Origin: an uncultured Methylobacterium sp.
GTDB taxonomy: Bacteria > Pseudomonadota > Alphaproteobacteria > Rhizobiales > Beijerinckiaceae
NCBI RefSeq assembly: GCF_964251405.1
Contig: NZ_CAXUJR010000006.1
Location: 5,324-63,861 of the forward strand
Length of the DNA: 58,538 nucleotides
Reading direction: 5' to 3'
The position numbers and the translations under genes are program-made. Positions 47,582-58,538 of the stretch are shown here, piece after piece; position 1 is the first letter of the stretch; each line of letters opens with the position of its first letter. The notes beneath the pieces are model-generated. The model did no database searches and was not told the DNA's origin. It saw only the letters and a list, made by a program, of their open reading frames with translations.

Positions 47582-49531
47582 ATGGACGAGAAGGTCGTGG
47601 ACGTCAGCCCGGCATGGCGCGAAGGCGCTCATGTCGACGACGCCAAGTATCTGGCGATGTACGACGCGTCAGTGAAGGATCCCGAAGCGTTCTGGGCCGA
47701 GCATGGCCGGCGCATCGACTGGTCGACGCCCTACTCCACCGTCAAGAACACCAGCTTCGCTCCCGGCAACGTCTCGATCAGATGGTTCGAGGACGGACGC
47801 ACCAACGTCGCCCTGAACTGCATCGATCGTCACCTCGCGACCCGCGGCGATCAGGTCGCGATCATCTGGGAAGGCGACGATCCGGGGGAGTCCAAGCACA
47901 TCACCTACCGACAGCTTCATGCCGAAGTCTGCCGGATGGCGAACGTCCTGCGCAACCGCGGCGTTTCGAAGGGCGACCGCGTCACGCTCTACATGCCGAT
48001 GATTCCCGAAGCCGCCTACGCGATGCTGGCCTGCGCCAGGCTCGGCGCCATCCACTCCATCGTATTCGGAGGCTTCTCGCCAGATTCGCTCGCCGGCCGC
48101 ATCGAGGGCTGCGCCTCGAAGCTCGTGATCACCGCCGACGAGGGGCTGCGCGGCGGCCGCAAGGTCCCGCTCAAGACCAATGTCGATGCCGCGCTTGCCC
48201 GTCTCGGTCCGGACGCTGTCGACCACGTGGTGGTCGTGCGCCGCACCGGCTCGAGCGTGCCGATGGAGCCCGGCCGCGACGTCTATTACGATGAGGCTGC
48301 CGCCCAGGTGACAGACGATTGCCCGGCCGAGCCCGTGGAGGCCGAGCACCCGCTCTTCATCCTCTACACCTCCGGCTCGACGGGCCAGCCCAAGGGCGTC
48401 GTCCACACCACCGGCGGCTACCTCGTCTACGCGGCGATGACGCATCAATACGTCTTCGATTATCGCGAGGGCGAGGTCTATTGGTGCACGGCCGATGTCG
48501 GCTGGGTCACGGGCCACAGCTACATCGTCTACGGGCCCCTCGCCAACGGCGCCACCACCCTGATGTTCGAGGGCATCCCGACCTACCCGACGAACTCGCG
48601 CTTCTGGGACGTAGTCGACAAGCACAAGGTCAACATCTTCTACACCGCGCCCACCGCGATCCGCTCGCTGATGGGCGGTGGCGAAGGCCCGGTGAAGAAG
48701 TCCTCCCGTTCCTCTCTGAGGGTCCTTGGCTCGGTCGGCGAGCCGATCAACCCGGAAGCCTGGGACTGGTACTACCGGGTGGTCGGCGACAGCCGCTGCC
48801 CCATCGTCGACACCTGGTGGCAGACCGAGACGGGCGGCATCCTGATCACGCCGCTGCCCGGCGCGACGCGGCTCAAGCCCGGCTCGGCCACGCGCCCGTT
48901 CTTTGGGGTAAAGCCCATTATCGTCGATGCCGAGGGCAAGACGCTCGAGGGTCCCTGCGAGGGCAACCTCTGCATCGCGGATAGCTGGCCCGGCCAAATG
49001 CGCACGGTCTATGGCGACCACGAGCGCTTCGAGCAGACCTACTTCTCGACCTATCCGAACCTCTACTTCACCGGCGACGGCTGCCGGCGTGACGCCGACG
49101 GCTATTACTGGATCACCGGCCGGGTCGACGACGTCATCAACGTGTCGGGCCACCGCATGGGCACGGCCGAGGTCGAATCCTCGCTCGTCGCCCATCCGAA
49201 GGTCTCCGAAGCCGCGGTCGTGGGCTATCCCCACAGCCTCAAGGGCCAGGGCATCTACGCCTACGTCACCCTGATGGAGGGCGAGGAGGGCTCGGACGCC
49301 CTGCGCAAGGAACTCGTGACCTGGGTCCGCAAGGACATCGGGCCGATCGCCTCGCCCGACCTGATCCAGTTCGCGCCGGGCCTGCCCAAGACCCGGTCGG
49401 GCAAGATCATGCGCCGCATCCTGCGCAAGATTGCCGAGGACGAGTTCTCTTCGCTCGGCGACACCTCGACCCTGGCAGAGCCGGCGGTGGTCGACGACCT
49501 CATCGAGAACCGCCAGAACCGGGCTCAGTAA
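47582..49531 (+). CDS. acs: Acetyl-CoA synthetase
   Basis: [44 protein letters not shown]; start moved to ATG 47582. Confidence 0.96.
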   Translation: MDEKVVDVSPAWREGAHVDDAKYLAMYDASVKDPEAFWAEHGRRIDWSTPYSTVKNTSFAPGNVSIRWFEDGRTNVALNCIDRHLATRGDQVAIIWEGDDPGESKHITYRQLHAEVCRMANVLRNRGVSKGDRVTLYMPMIPEAAYAMLACARLGAIHSIVFGGFSPDSLAGRIEGCASKLVITADEGLRGGRKVPLKTNVDAALARLGPDAVDHVVVVRRTGSSVPMEPGRDVYYDEAAAQVTDDCPAEPVEAEHPLFILYTSGSTGQPKGVVHTTGGYLVYAAMTHQYVFDYREGEVYWCTADVGWVTGHSYIVYGPLANGATTLMFEGIPTYPTNSRFWDVVDKHKVNIFYTAPTAIRSLMGGGEGPVKKSSRSSLRVLGSVGEPINPEAWDWYYRVVGDSRCPIVDTWWQTETGGILITPLPGATRLKPGSATRPFFGVKPIIVDAEGKTLEGPCEGNLCIADSWPGQMRTVYGDHERFEQTYFSTYPNLYFTGDGCRRDADGYYWITGRVDDVINVSGHRMGTAEVESSLVAHPKVSEAAVVGYPHSLKGQGIYAYVTLMEGEEGSDALRKELVTWVRKDIGPIASPDLIQFAPGLPKTRSGKIMRRILRKIAEDEFSSLGDTSTLAEPAVVDDLIENRQNRAQ

Positions 49532-49809
49532 GCCCGAGCTACGGCGGGACGGCCTTCGACAAGCCTCCGCCCGTCGCTTCCGCGCAAAGCTGTTACAAAT
49601 TGCTTTGTGACGACTGCAAATTTCCTTTTACCTGTTGGGCCAAATCAAGGCCTACGGTATCTTGGCTGTGCCGGCTTCGCAGTTGCGAACGGAATGTGGG
49701 TCCAGCCGCATTCCGTATCAGCAACGCGCGGAAGGGATAAACGACGCCGATTGCGCCGCACACGGCGCATCGCGACAACGACAACAAACGACTTGGGAGG
49801 GACGGGACC

Positions 49810-51597
49810 ATGGCAAGTACAACTGCGGCACCACTGCCGGAGGAGGCGGCGCGACCGATGAGCGCCGGGGAGAGGAAGGTCATCCTGGCATCGTCGCTGG
49901 GCACCGTGTTCGAATGGTATGACTTCTATCTCTACGGATCGCTCGCCGCGATCATCGGCGCGCAGTTCTTCTCCGCCTATCCCGAAGCCACCCGCAACGT
50001 CTTCGCATTGCTTGCCTTCGCCGCCGGCTTCCTCGTCCGCCCCTTCGGCGCGCTGGTGTTCGGCCGCCTCGGCGACATGGTCGGCCGCAAGTACACCTTC
50101 CTCGTCACGATCCTGATCATGGGCATCTCGACCTTCGTCGTCGGCCTTCTGCCCTCGTATGCGACGATGAACGAGTACGGCGTCGGCTGGGTCGCACCGG
50201 TCGCGTTGCTGGCGCTCCGCATGCTCCAGGGCTTGGCGCTCGGCGGTGAATACGGCGGTGCCGCGGTCTACGTGGCCGAGCACGCTCCCCGCGGCCGGCG
50301 CGGTTTCTACACCGCCTTCATCCAGACCACGGCGACCCTCGGCCTGCTGCTGTCGCTGATGGTGATCCTGTTCACCCAGATCTACGTCAACGCGAACTAC
50401 GCGCCCGTCGCCACGACCCTGGCGGATGGCTCCGCCGGCACGATCACGCCGTTCGCCGCCTGGGGCTGGCGCATTCCGTTCCTCGTCTCGATCGTGCTGC
50501 TCGGCGTCTCGGTCTGGATCCGGCTGCAGATGCAAGAGAGCCCGGCCTTCAAGAAGATGAAGGAAGAAGGCACCGGCTCGAAGGCGCCGCTCTCGGAGGC
50601 CTTCGGCCAGTGGCGCAACGCCAAATGGGCCCTCCTCGCCCTGCTCGGCCTCACCGCCGGCCAGGCCGTCGTCTGGTACACCGGCCAGTTCTACGCGCTG
50701 TTCTTCCTCCAGACGATCCTGAAGGTCGACCAGTTCACGGCAAACGTGCTCATCGCGTGGTCGCTCATCCTCGGCACCGGCGGATTCCTGTTCTTCGGCG
50801 CACTCTCCGACAAGATCGGCCGCAAGCCGATCATCCTCGGAGGCTGCCTGATCGCGGCGCTGACCTTCTTCCCGCTGTTCAAAGCGCTGACCGCCGCGGC
50901 CAACCCGGCCCTCCATGCGGCCCAGCAGAACACGCAGGTGGTGGTCAAGGCCGACCCGGCGGATTGCTCCTTCCAGTTCAATCCGGTCGGAACGGCCAAG
51001 TTCACCAATTCCTGCGACATCGCCAAGGCGCTGCTCGCACGGAGTGCCGTGAACTACAGCACCGAGAATGCGCCGGCCGGTACCAAGGCGACGGTGAACG
51101 TGGCGGGCAAGGAGTTCGCTGCGGCTGACCCCGCCTTCGCCAAGGATATCGGCGCGGCGCTGACCGCGGCGGGCTACCCGACCGCGACGAACCCGAGCAT
51201 TGTCAAGATCGTCATCGATCCGAAGGACGGTCTCTCCAACTTCGCCAAGATGATCGACATCTTTTCGGTCCAGAAGCTGACGATCATCGGCATCCTGACG
51301 ATCCTCGTCCTCTACGTGACGATGGTCTACGGGCCGATCGCGGCGGCCCTCGTCGAGCTCTTCCCGACGCGTATCCGTTACACCTCGATGTCGCTGCCCT
51401 ACCACATCGGTAACGGCTGGTTCGGCGGCCTCCTGCCGGCGACCGCCTTCGCGATGGTGGCCCAGACCGGCGACATCTATTTCGGCCTCTGGTACCCGAT
51501 CGTCATCGCCGTCGCGACCGTGATCATCGGCGCTCTGTTCATCCCGGAAACCAAGGATCGCGATATCCTCACCTACGACGAGGCGCCCGCGCGCTAA
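49810..51597 (+). CDS. MFS transporter (metabolite:H+ symporter family) with periplasmic insert
   Basis: GTVFEWYDFY, GDMVGRK, GGEYGGA, WGWRIPF, ELFPTRIRY, PETK. Confidence 0.92.
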   Translation: MASTTAAPLPEEAARPMSAGERKVILASSLGTVFEWYDFYLYGSLAAIIGAQFFSAYPEATRNVFALLAFAAGFLVRPFGALVFGRLGDMVGRKYTFLVTILIMGISTFVVGLLPSYATMNEYGVGWVAPVALLALRMLQGLALGGEYGGAAVYVAEHAPRGRRGFYTAFIQTTATLGLLLSLMVILFTQIYVNANYAPVATTLADGSAGTITPFAAWGWRIPFLVSIVLLGVSVWIRLQMQESPAFKKMKEEGTGSKAPLSEAFGQWRNAKWALLALLGLTAGQAVVWYTGQFYALFFLQTILKVDQFTANVLIAWSLILGTGGFLFFGALSDKIGRKPIILGGCLIAALTFFPLFKALTAAANPALHAAQQNTQVVVKADPADCSFQFNPVGTAKFTNSCDIAKALLARSAVNYSTENAPAGTKATVNVAGKEFAAADPAFAKDIGAALTAAGYPTATNPSIVKIVIDPKDGLSNFAKMIDIFSVQKLTIIGILTILVLYVTMVYGPIAAALVELFPTRIRYTSMSLPYHIGNGWFGGLLPATAFAMVAQTGDIYFGLWYPIVIAVATVIIGALFIPETKDRDILTYDEAPAR

Positions 51598-51624
51598 GTC
51601 GGCGAGGCATCGTCGAGAACAACG

Positions 51625-51653
51625 AAGGCCCCGTCGCGAGACGGGGCCTTTTT
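51625..51653 (+). terminator. Rho-independent terminator
   Basis: AAGGCCCCGTC-gcga-GACGGGGCC-TTTTT. Confidence 0.85.
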
Positions 51654-51740
51654 GGTATCCGGCTGCCATCCGATCGATCGACCCGATCTATTCTACCCTC
51701 GCCAATCGTCCCGCCCCATCAGCATGGCGAAAGTCACGCC

Positions 51741-53105
51741 TCAAGCTTCCCGGTCCAGCAACGCCGCGTGATCGTCCAGCGTCTGTTCCGCGTAGGTCAT
51801 GGCGAAGGCCGCCATAGCGTCGTCGAATGACGTCGACCGTCCCATGTAGCCGGCGATCGCCGCGGCATCGCCGGATCGGGCGTGCGCGCGGGCCAGCGTG
51901 CGTCCGCACAGGGCGGCATAGCGCCTTGGCTCGTCGTCCGACATCAGGTCGGGCACGTTCGAGAGCTTGTGGTTCTTCAACTGGCGCACGTAATACGAGC
52001 GGCCGCTCGCCGGTGAATGCGCGGTCCCGAGGAAGATGTCGCTCGCCGCCTGCATGATGCGCTGACCGTCGATCACGCGTCGGCCTTCCGACCCCGCCGC
52101 CCCAATCGGTGACAGCACCAGGGGCGCCATCACCGAGGCCTGCGCCTCCTTGACCTGCAGGAAGAGCGGAGCACCGTCGGCATCCGTGTAGAGTCCGACG
52201 GTGCAGACCCGGCCCACGGAGCCGATGCCCACCACCTTGAAGGCGACGTCTCGCAGGGCGTAGCGGGCGACGAGAGCCTGACGCTCGGGAGCAAGGCTGT
52301 CGGGGTAGAGTTCCAGTGCCGCCCGCGCATCGCATATCGGCTCGTCGCTGCCGTCCGGCAGCCGGTGGAAGACCTTCCTGCCCTCGTCGGCGATGCGCCA
52401 TGTCGCCGGTGCCCCGTCGCGCGTCGCGGGATCGAGGTCGGGGATGTCGGCCTCGACGGTCTCGTGACGAAGACCGGCATCGAGATCGCGCCTGAGGTCG
52501 TCGCGCGACCGGTGGTCGTCGATGCGAGACACCTCATGGTCGAGATCGATGCTGCTCCGCCAGCAGGCGAGCGGTTCCATCTCGCCGAGCGTGTCCATGT
52601 GCTCCCGGTACGCCGCGACGCTGGCGCATGCCAGTTCGCGCGCCCTGTCCTCACCGAAATCCGCCTCGGCCACGGCTTCGACCGCCACGCTCGCCGCAAG
52701 CCGCTTCAGATCGACGGTGAAATCGATCCCCGGCAGGGTCTCGTCGAAATCGTTGATGTCGAACATCACCCGGCCTTCCGGGCTCACAAACACGCCGAAA
52801 TTGCCGATATGACAATCGCCGCAGGCCTGGACCGGAATGCCGGCCATCGCTGATCCGACGAGATCGGCCGCCATGATCGCGGCGGCCCCGCGCAGGAAGG
52901 TGAACGCATTCTTGCGCATCTTCCTGTAGCGCCGCGGGATCAGGTCCGGCAGGCGCGCGGCATCGCTTTCGGCGAGGATCGCCAGGGGATCTCTCGTTCG
53001 TCCCGTGCGCCACTCCGCGTGGGCCGCATGAGGGGTCGCATCCCGAAGGGCCTCGCCCTCGGCGTAGCGCTCGCGGCGGGTCCGGCGGGCCGATGCATCG
53101 CTCAT
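51741..53105 (-). CDS. DUF2252 family protein (kinase-like)
   Basis: FLRGAAAIMAADL, CGDCHIGNFG, FDINDFDE, KVVGIGSVG, LQVKEA, LARAHARSGD. Confidence 0.88.
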   Translation of the reverse strand: MSDASARRTRRERYAEGEALRDATPHAAHAEWRTGRTRDPLAILAESDAARLPDLIPRRYRKMRKNAFTFLRGAAAIMAADLVGSAMAGIPVQACGDCHIGNFGVFVSPEGRVMFDINDFDETLPGIDFTVDLKRLAASVAVEAVAEADFGEDRARELACASVAAYREHMDTLGEMEPLACWRSSIDLDHEVSRIDDHRSRDDLRRDLDAGLRHETVEADIPDLDPATRDGAPATWRIADEGRKVFHRLPDGSDEPICDARAALELYPDSLAPERQALVARYALRDVAFKVVGIGSVGRVCTVGLYTDADGAPLFLQVKEAQASVMAPLVLSPIGAAGSEGRRVIDGQRIMQAASDIFLGTAHSPASGRSYYVRQLKNHKLSNVPDLMSDDEPRRYAALCGRTLARAHARSGDAAAIAGYMGRSTSFDDAMAAFAMTYAEQTLDDHAALLDREA

Positions 53106-53128
53106 GAAGGCTCCAGCGGATGAGGGTG

Positions 53129-54727
53129 TCAGTGCCGGAAGTGGCGTTGCCCCGTGAACATCATCGCGAGCCCGGCCTCGTCGGCGGCACGGATCACCTC
53201 GTCGTCGCGCATCGAGCCGCCGGGCTGGATCACCGCCGTGGCGCCGGCTTCCGCCGCCGCGATCAACCCGTCCGCGAAGGGGAAGAAAGCGTCGGAGGCG
53301 ACCACCGCGCCCTTGGCGAGGCTCTCCGACGCGCCGATCCGGATCACCGCCTCGGCCGCCTTCCAGGCGGCGATGCGCGAGGAATCCACCCGCGACATCT
53401 GCCCGGCACCGATGCCGACGGTGGCGCCGTCGCGGGCGTACACGATGGCGTTCGACTTCACGTGCTTGGCGACCCGGAAGGCGAAGAGGAGGTCGGCGAG
53501 CTCGCGCTCGGTCGGCCCGCGCTTCGTCACGACCCTGAGCGCCATGTCGTCGACCGTCGCGTTGTCACGTGCCTGGACCAGCAATCCGCCGGAGAGGGTG
53601 CGGACCGTCTCGCCGGGCGCCTTCGGGTCCGGCAGCGCGCCGGCCAGCAGAAGGCGCAGGTTCTTCTTGGCCGCCACGATCGCGATCGCTTCCGGCGAGG
53701 CGTCCGGTGCAATGATGACTTCGGTGAAGATCTCGACGATCCGTCGCGCCGCGTCGCCATCAAGGGGACCGTTCAGCGCGACGATACCGCCGAAGGCCGA
53801 GGTCGGGTCGCAGGCGAGCGCGCGCTCGTAGGCTTGCAGAAGACTCGTCCCCGTCGCGACGCCGCAGGGGTTGGCATGCTTGATGATCGCCACCGCAGAA
53901 CCGCGCGCCGGCTCGAACTCGGCGACGCATTCGTAGGCGGCATCGGTGTCGTTGAGATTGTTGTAGGACAGCTCCTTGCCCTGGAGCTGGCGCGCCGTGG
54001 AGATGCCCGCCCTCGGGCGGCCGGGGGAACGGTAGAAGGCGGCCGGCTGGTGCGGGTTCTCGCCGTAGCGCAAACCCTGCGCGAGGGTCCCGCCGAACGC
54101 CCTGAACGGGGCAGTGCCCGCCACCTCCAAGCGGTCCGCCAACCAGTTGGCGATCGCCGCGTCATAGGCGGCGGTGCGGGCGAAGGCCCGGGCGGCGAGG
54201 CGCCGGCGGGTCGCGCCGCAGAGCATCCCGGACCCGGCCGCGAGTTCGTCGAGGAGGATGGCGTAGTCGGCGACATCCGTCACCACCGCCACGTCGGCGT
54301 GGTTCTTGGCGGCGGCACGGATCATGGCGGGGCCGCCCACATCGATGTTCTCGATCGCCTCCGCGTCCGTGCAGTCCGTCGCGATCGTCGCCTCGAACGG
54401 ATACAGGTTGACGACGAGGAGATCGATCGGCCGGATGCCGTGCGCGGCCAGCGCCGCCTGATGCTCGGGATTCGCCCGCACGGCCAGCAATCCGCCATGG
54501 ATCGCCGGATGCAGGGTCTTGACCCGGCCGTCCATCATCTCGGGGAATCCGGTGACGTCCGCGACCTCGATCACGGTTAGGCCTGCCTCGACGAGGGTCC
54601 GGTGGGTTCCGCCCGTGGACAGAAGCTCGATGCCGTGGTCGGCGAGCGCCCGCGCGAAATCCACGAGGCCGGTCTTGTCGGAGACGGAGAGGAGCGCGCG
54701 GGTCACCCGCACAGGATCGGAGGGCAT
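53129..54727 (-). CDS. purH: Bifunctional AICAR transformylase/IMP cyclohydrolase
   Basis: [49 protein letters not shown]; start moved to ATG 54727. Confidence 0.97.
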   Translation of the reverse strand: MPSDPVRVTRALLSVSDKTGLVDFARALADHGIELLSTGGTHRTLVEAGLTVIEVADVTGFPEMMDGRVKTLHPAIHGGLLAVRANPEHQAALAAHGIRPIDLLVVNLYPFEATIATDCTDAEAIENIDVGGPAMIRAAAKNHADVAVVTDVADYAILLDELAAGSGMLCGATRRRLAARAFARTAAYDAAIANWLADRLEVAGTAPFRAFGGTLAQGLRYGENPHQPAAFYRSPGRPRAGISTARQLQGKELSYNNLNDTDAAYECVAEFEPARGSAVAIIKHANPCGVATGTSLLQAYERALACDPTSAFGGIVALNGPLDGDAARRIVEIFTEVIIAPDASPEAIAIVAAKKNLRLLLAGALPDPKAPGETVRTLSGGLLVQARDNATVDDMALRVVTKRGPTERELADLLFAFRVAKHVKSNAIVYARDGATVGIGAGQMSRVDSSRIAAWKAAEAVIRIGASESLAKGAVVASDAFFPFADGLIAAAEAGATAVIQPGGSMRDDEVIRAADEAGLAMMFTGQRHFRH

Positions 54728-54804
54728 CGAAAACCCGTTCTGGTCAGGGATCAATTTGCCGGCGGGTAGCACGAATCGAACCGTGCGGGCCAGTCAGGCC
54801 GGCG

Positions 54805-56571
54805 TCAGGACGCCGTCGCGTCGACCCGGGCGAAGCGCCAGCGCAGCCGTGCCTCGGTGACCACGCGCAGATACACGATGATCTGGTCGGTGCGCCGGGC
54901 TCCCGTGAGGCCGGCGAAATAGACGCTCTCCTCGATCGCGACGTCGACTGCGTCGTCGTCCGACGCCGCACCGAAATGCCAGACCTCGCCCTGCGGTGTG
55001 GCGAGTTCCAGTCCGTCGCCGGCCCGGCCGCGCACGGCGATGCCAGGATGGAGATGGAATCTCACCGCGACCTCGTGCGAGCGCAGCTTTCCCGCGTTCC
55101 TGCCCTTGTTCCTGCCCTTCTCCCCGCTGCCTTCGCGCAGAAAGGCATCCTCCCCCTCCAACGCCTGACCATCGGCGAGGAGGCGCCAGCGCCGCTCGTG
55201 GACGAGGCCGAAGGAGGCCGCGTAGCCGTCGTGGCGCGCGGCCAGCACGTGTGCGTCCGCCTCCCGTGTCCGCTCCGAGCGGACGTCGGTCGGACCCGAC
55301 AGCACCACCGGCCCGATCCGGCGCGACAGCCAGTCGATCGCTCTCGCCTCGCCCCACCAGGCCCCGCCCGCGAGGAAGCGGCAGGACGAGGTATCGGCCA
55401 CGCTCGCGGTGGAATGGGCAGCGGTGGTGCGCGCGAGCCGTCGCAGCTCCGGCCCGCTCGCGGGGAGCCCGCAATTGATGACGATGCGCTGAGGGCCGCT
55501 CGACATCTCGAACGAAAGGCAGCCCGCACAGGAATTGCGCGAGTACAGCATCGGAGGCGGCGGGCCGACATCGGCGACCACCGCGATCCTTCCCGCCTCC
55601 AAGCGCTCGTAGCCGGAATGCGGCGCATGCATCATCGGCTGGGCGAGCGCCCCGTCATAGACCAGCAGCGTCGCGAGATGGTCGGCGGCCGTGGCGCCCA
55701 TCCCGTTGAAGTGGCTGAGCGAGGCATCCCCATGACGCAGCAGGCGCAGGAGCGGCAGCATCCGGTCGATGGCGCGCAGCAGCGCTTCCGGCGGATCGAC
55801 GCCGCGCCCGAGGAAGCTCTGGCGCAGGGGCAGCAGGTCGAGGAGCAACTCCATAGCGAAGCGCGGATCGCGGCTGCGATGGCCGCCATCGGCCATGATC
55901 TGGCGGTCGAGTTCGCGCGCGAGGACCCGCGTTGCCCGACGCAGAACCGGCTGGATGCCCTCGCAGCACAGGCCGGCATAGCTGAGTGCCACCGCGGCGA
56001 GGAGGCGCGTCTGCGGGACGCTGGTCCGGCGTAGGTCGCGTTCGAGGTCGCGGGCCGCCCGGCCCAAGGTCTTGAGGAAAGCTTGGTAGAAGTCGTGGTC
56101 TGCCCCTTCGAGCATCAGCGGGGACTGGCACAGGAAGGCGATCAGCCGCCGCGCCGCCACCGGCGTCGGCCGGGCCAGGACGGCCTCACCCCGCCCCGCG
56201 ATGAAATCGGAGACGAAGGCGCGGGCATTGGCTCGGGCCAGGGCAGTATCGGCCGCGCGCAGGTGGCGCAGCCAGCCGAAGCCGTAGAGCGCATCGGCCC
56301 ATTCCGGCGAGGGCGGCGCGTAATCGAACGGCGAGCGCCCGTTCACGGAGAGCGAGCGGCCGGCGAAGACGAACAGCCCGGCATAGATGTCGTCGGCGAA
56401 GGTGGCGTCGCTGGTGCGCAGGTCGTGCGGAGCGATCACCACCCCGGTGACGCGGGCGCCAGCCAGAATGTCCGGACGGGCACCGAGCCTCGCGACGCCG
56501 CCGCGCACCGAGCGCAGGACTTCGCCCCCGATGAGCCGATACAGGCGCCAGCGTTCAGCCCCCCAACGCAC
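54805..56571 (-). CDS. Heparinase II/III family protein
   Basis: FGWLRHL, DGGHRSR, RHGDASLSHFNG, LSFEMSSG..RIVINCG, TAAHST, HDGY, RFHLHP; upstream of purH. Confidence 0.85.
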   Translation of the reverse strand: MRWGAERWRLYRLIGGEVLRSVRGGVARLGARPDILAGARVTGVVIAPHDLRTSDATFADDIYAGLFVFAGRSLSVNGRSPFDYAPPSPEWADALYGFGWLRHLRAADTALARANARAFVSDFIAGRGEAVLARPTPVAARRLIAFLCQSPLMLEGADHDFYQAFLKTLGRAARDLERDLRRTSVPQTRLLAAVALSYAGLCCEGIQPVLRRATRVLARELDRQIMADGGHRSRDPRFAMELLLDLLPLRQSFLGRGVDPPEALLRAIDRMLPLLRLLRHGDASLSHFNGMGATAADHLATLLVYDGALAQPMMHAPHSGYERLEAGRIAVVADVGPPPPMLYSRNSCAGCLSFEMSSGPQRIVINCGLPASGPELRRLARTTAAHSTASVADTSSCRFLAGGAWWGEARAIDWLSRRIGPVVLSGPTDVRSERTREADAHVLAARHDGYAASFGLVHERRWRLLADGQALEGEDAFLREGSGEKGRNKGRNAGKLRSHEVAVRFHLHPGIAVRGRAGDGLELATPQGEVWHFGAASDDDAVDVAIEESVYFAGLTGARRTDQIIVYLRVVTEARLRWRFARVDATAS

Positions 56572-56649
56572 GTGGTCTCCTCTTTCGGCGACGCGCCGCC
56601 GATCCGAGCGCTGCAGGATAGTCTCGTGGTCAGGATAGTGGCAGCCGGC

Positions 56650-56664
56650 TTAACCAGCGGTTAA
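56650..56664. promoter_or_regulatory. CtrA binding box
   Basis: TTAA-CCAGCGG-TTAA, exact TTAA-N7-TTAA about 80 nt upstream of the heparinase-like gene. Confidence 0.65.
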
Positions 56665-56706
56665 GCGTAATCGAGGCTAAGCCTCTGAAATCGTTGGAAG
56701 CTGTTC

Positions 56707-57180
56707 TCAGGCGTTCCCGGTGCCGTTTCCGAGACGTTTCACGGCACGCGCCCATGCGAAACGCTGGTGAGCGTCAAGATTGGCGCGATCATAGGCGGAG
56801 ACGGTGATCGTCGACCTTGGATGACCCGTAACCTTCGCCCCGTCATCTTTGGTGGCGCGCCCTCCCCTCGCTTCCGAAATGGCACTCGAGCGTTGGCCTC
56901 GGCAACACACGCCTTCCGGTGTCTCGGCATCCTTGCGGACCTTCTTTCAATGATCGGTGCTTTCCTGGCGTCCGTACGGCCGGCAGCAGCGATCGTAAAT
57001 CGCCATCGGGCCGACCCGCGCCCTTAGGTGGGATGCGCGTGATTTCCCTCAGGACCGTCGGGCATAGCGACAGGTCGATAACGATATCCGGACCGCTTGT
57101 CTCGCCCGTCCTGCTGGGCCGATCGCGCAAGACCACCTCGCGATATGCTCCACTCCGATCCGGCCCACTTTCTTGTACGC
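56707..57180 (-). pseudogene. Degenerate tyrosine recombinase/phage integrase C-terminus
   Basis: Fragments across frames: RKWAGSEW / RPSRTGETSGPDIVIDLSLCPTV / RVGPM...H*KKVRKDA...QRSSAISEAR...AKVTGH...SAYDRA; frameshifts and an internal stop. Confidence 0.6.
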
Positions 57181-58083
57181 CGCCCCGACATCCTCCTCGG
57201 CGATGGCGATGGGCCTCACCGCCGCCACCGCAATCACGTGCGTGGCCGGTTGACCCCCGCGGGCGAGCGGCAGGCGGATGATCTCGACGCCGGCCGCGGC
57301 GCGGATCGGCGGCGTCTGGTGTATGTCGGCCGGCGTATGGGCAGATTGCATCAACCTGCGCGGACCACCGGGCGCTGCCGGATCCGGTTCGGGCAATGTC
57401 ACTCGACCGGTTCGATCATCGCTGGCAGGCCTGCGGTCCACGCGGACACCACCGCAACTTGCGCACCGCCCTCGCCAAGCGCGGATCGTACAGGCACCGG
57501 GTCCAAACGTCCCTCGATCCCGAGCACGCCTGCGGCCATCGGCGCTGGGCATCTGAACGATCGGATTTGGCCGCGTCCCCTACCTCACGAGCGTCTCTCC
57601 AGACCTGGAATGGATCGCAGAGTTAATCTGCCTCACCCTGCGACGCCTGCTCGCTGCCGCTATCCATCTCGACTTCATGCCCGATCGATTTGCTGCGGCG
57701 GGGCCTCCTTGTGAGCTGACACCCGATCTTTCACGCTTTTACCAGCCACTTTCCGCAGTACCTGCTTCACATGAGCGCGGAGCTTTTCTCTACGCTCGGC
57801 GACGCTGTCATCGCGCGGAAACAATGCACCTTCCTTATGAGATGACATCGCCTAGCCACCTTCGACCGCTCCAAGATGCGACATCAGATAATCACATTCG
57901 TGCTTTTCCGCAACGCACAATAATGCTCGTCGAGAAATCGTATGTTGAGTTAACATAATCCATACTACCAAATATTGGTAGATCTATTTAGTACTATGCG
58001 TACTCCCACATCGCCTCAACGGAAGCAACCGTTTCAGAGTAAAATACAGGCAATCCCTCTATGATGAGTTCAGGGAGAAAATT

Positions 58084-58311
58084 GTGGTTCAGCGGTTTCA
58101 TTTCGATCTAACGAACGGCGAAGAGCTCATTCGCGATACCGAAGGTATTGAAGCAAGCGGTCCCGACGAAGCGATCGAGGAAGCCCGGGCCGCCCTGGCA
58201 GACGTGCGCGGCAATGAGGATGCCGCCGTTCCGACGGAGGGCTGGCAACTGATCATCCGAGACGCGAGCGGCGTGACACTGAAGGCCATCTCACTCGACG
58301 ACGTCCATTAG
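58084..58311 (+). CDS. Small hypothetical protein, DUF6894-like
   Basis: RFHFDL...RDTEGIE...AIEEAR...WQLIIRDASG; GGAGA RBS. Confidence 0.75.
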   Translation: MVQRFHFDLTNGEELIRDTEGIEASGPDEAIEEARAALADVRGNEDAAVPTEGWQLIIRDASGVTLKAISLDDVH

Positions 58312-58538
58312 CTCACCCCTTCAGCCTGCTCTCTTCACGCTGCGGCAGGGTTTTTTCGGGCGAGGGCTGACAGACTAGAATCCCTCTGGCTGACGGTGTG
58401 TGGAAGGAGTCGAATCTCCGTGCCGCACTGCCGACGTCAGCGGGTCGGCGACCGGTCTCTACAGCCTTGCGGTTGTTTCTCCCAAGGTGCCGGGCGGTCC
58501 CTGTCAGTGGGCCATCCGAATGCACGGCAGGCTCGTCC

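Noticed and set aside
54728-54804. Possible ZTP (pfl) riboswitch upstream of purH
   Set aside because: Only a GACTGG fragment matches; the GGGAG and CGCCTGGG elements are missing, and the gap looks like an ordinary promoter
57948-57975. dif-like site (AGTTAACATAA resembles a XerD arm)
   Set aside because: No credible XerC arm after the 6-nt spacer; may instead be part of the TATGTT-N5-AACATA palindrome
58313-58525. 70-aa minus-strand ORF at the window end
   Set aside because: No recognisable motifs or coding bias; context truncated

Overview
A high-GC chromosomal segment from an alphaproteobacterium of the Hyphomicrobiales. Gene content and order look Methylobacterium/Methylorubrum-like; that is an inference, not a database result. 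Most of it is core genome: three-gene pntAA-pntAB-pntB, a TacA-like sigma-54 activator, two M3 peptidases, three L,D-transpeptidases, yraN-rsmI-lpoA, hemW-rdgB-rph-hrcA, tartrate dehydrogenase, a ClC transporter, tRNA-His, phasin with a PdhS-like kinase, acs-MFS and purH. The best candidate for an undescribed system lies just downstream of tRNA-His (35.1-41.9 kb). It holds a LOV blue-light histidine kinase with its receiver, a protein fusing a NepR-like anti-sigma segment to an intact receiver domain, and a transglutaminase-like gene pair, with sigma-EcfG-type promoter motifs. Other highlights are a FAT-GUY-type single-domain regulator, a perfect CtrA box, a PhaR-type box and a Doc TA pair with a 17-bp operator palindrome. 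The window also has an inserted secreted repeat protein and three decay scars: a VOC/MarR deletion junction, an ABC operon whose ATPase is reduced to a 7-codon mini-ORF, and a frameshifted tyrosine integrase. All calls are by-eye motif recognition; no searches were run.
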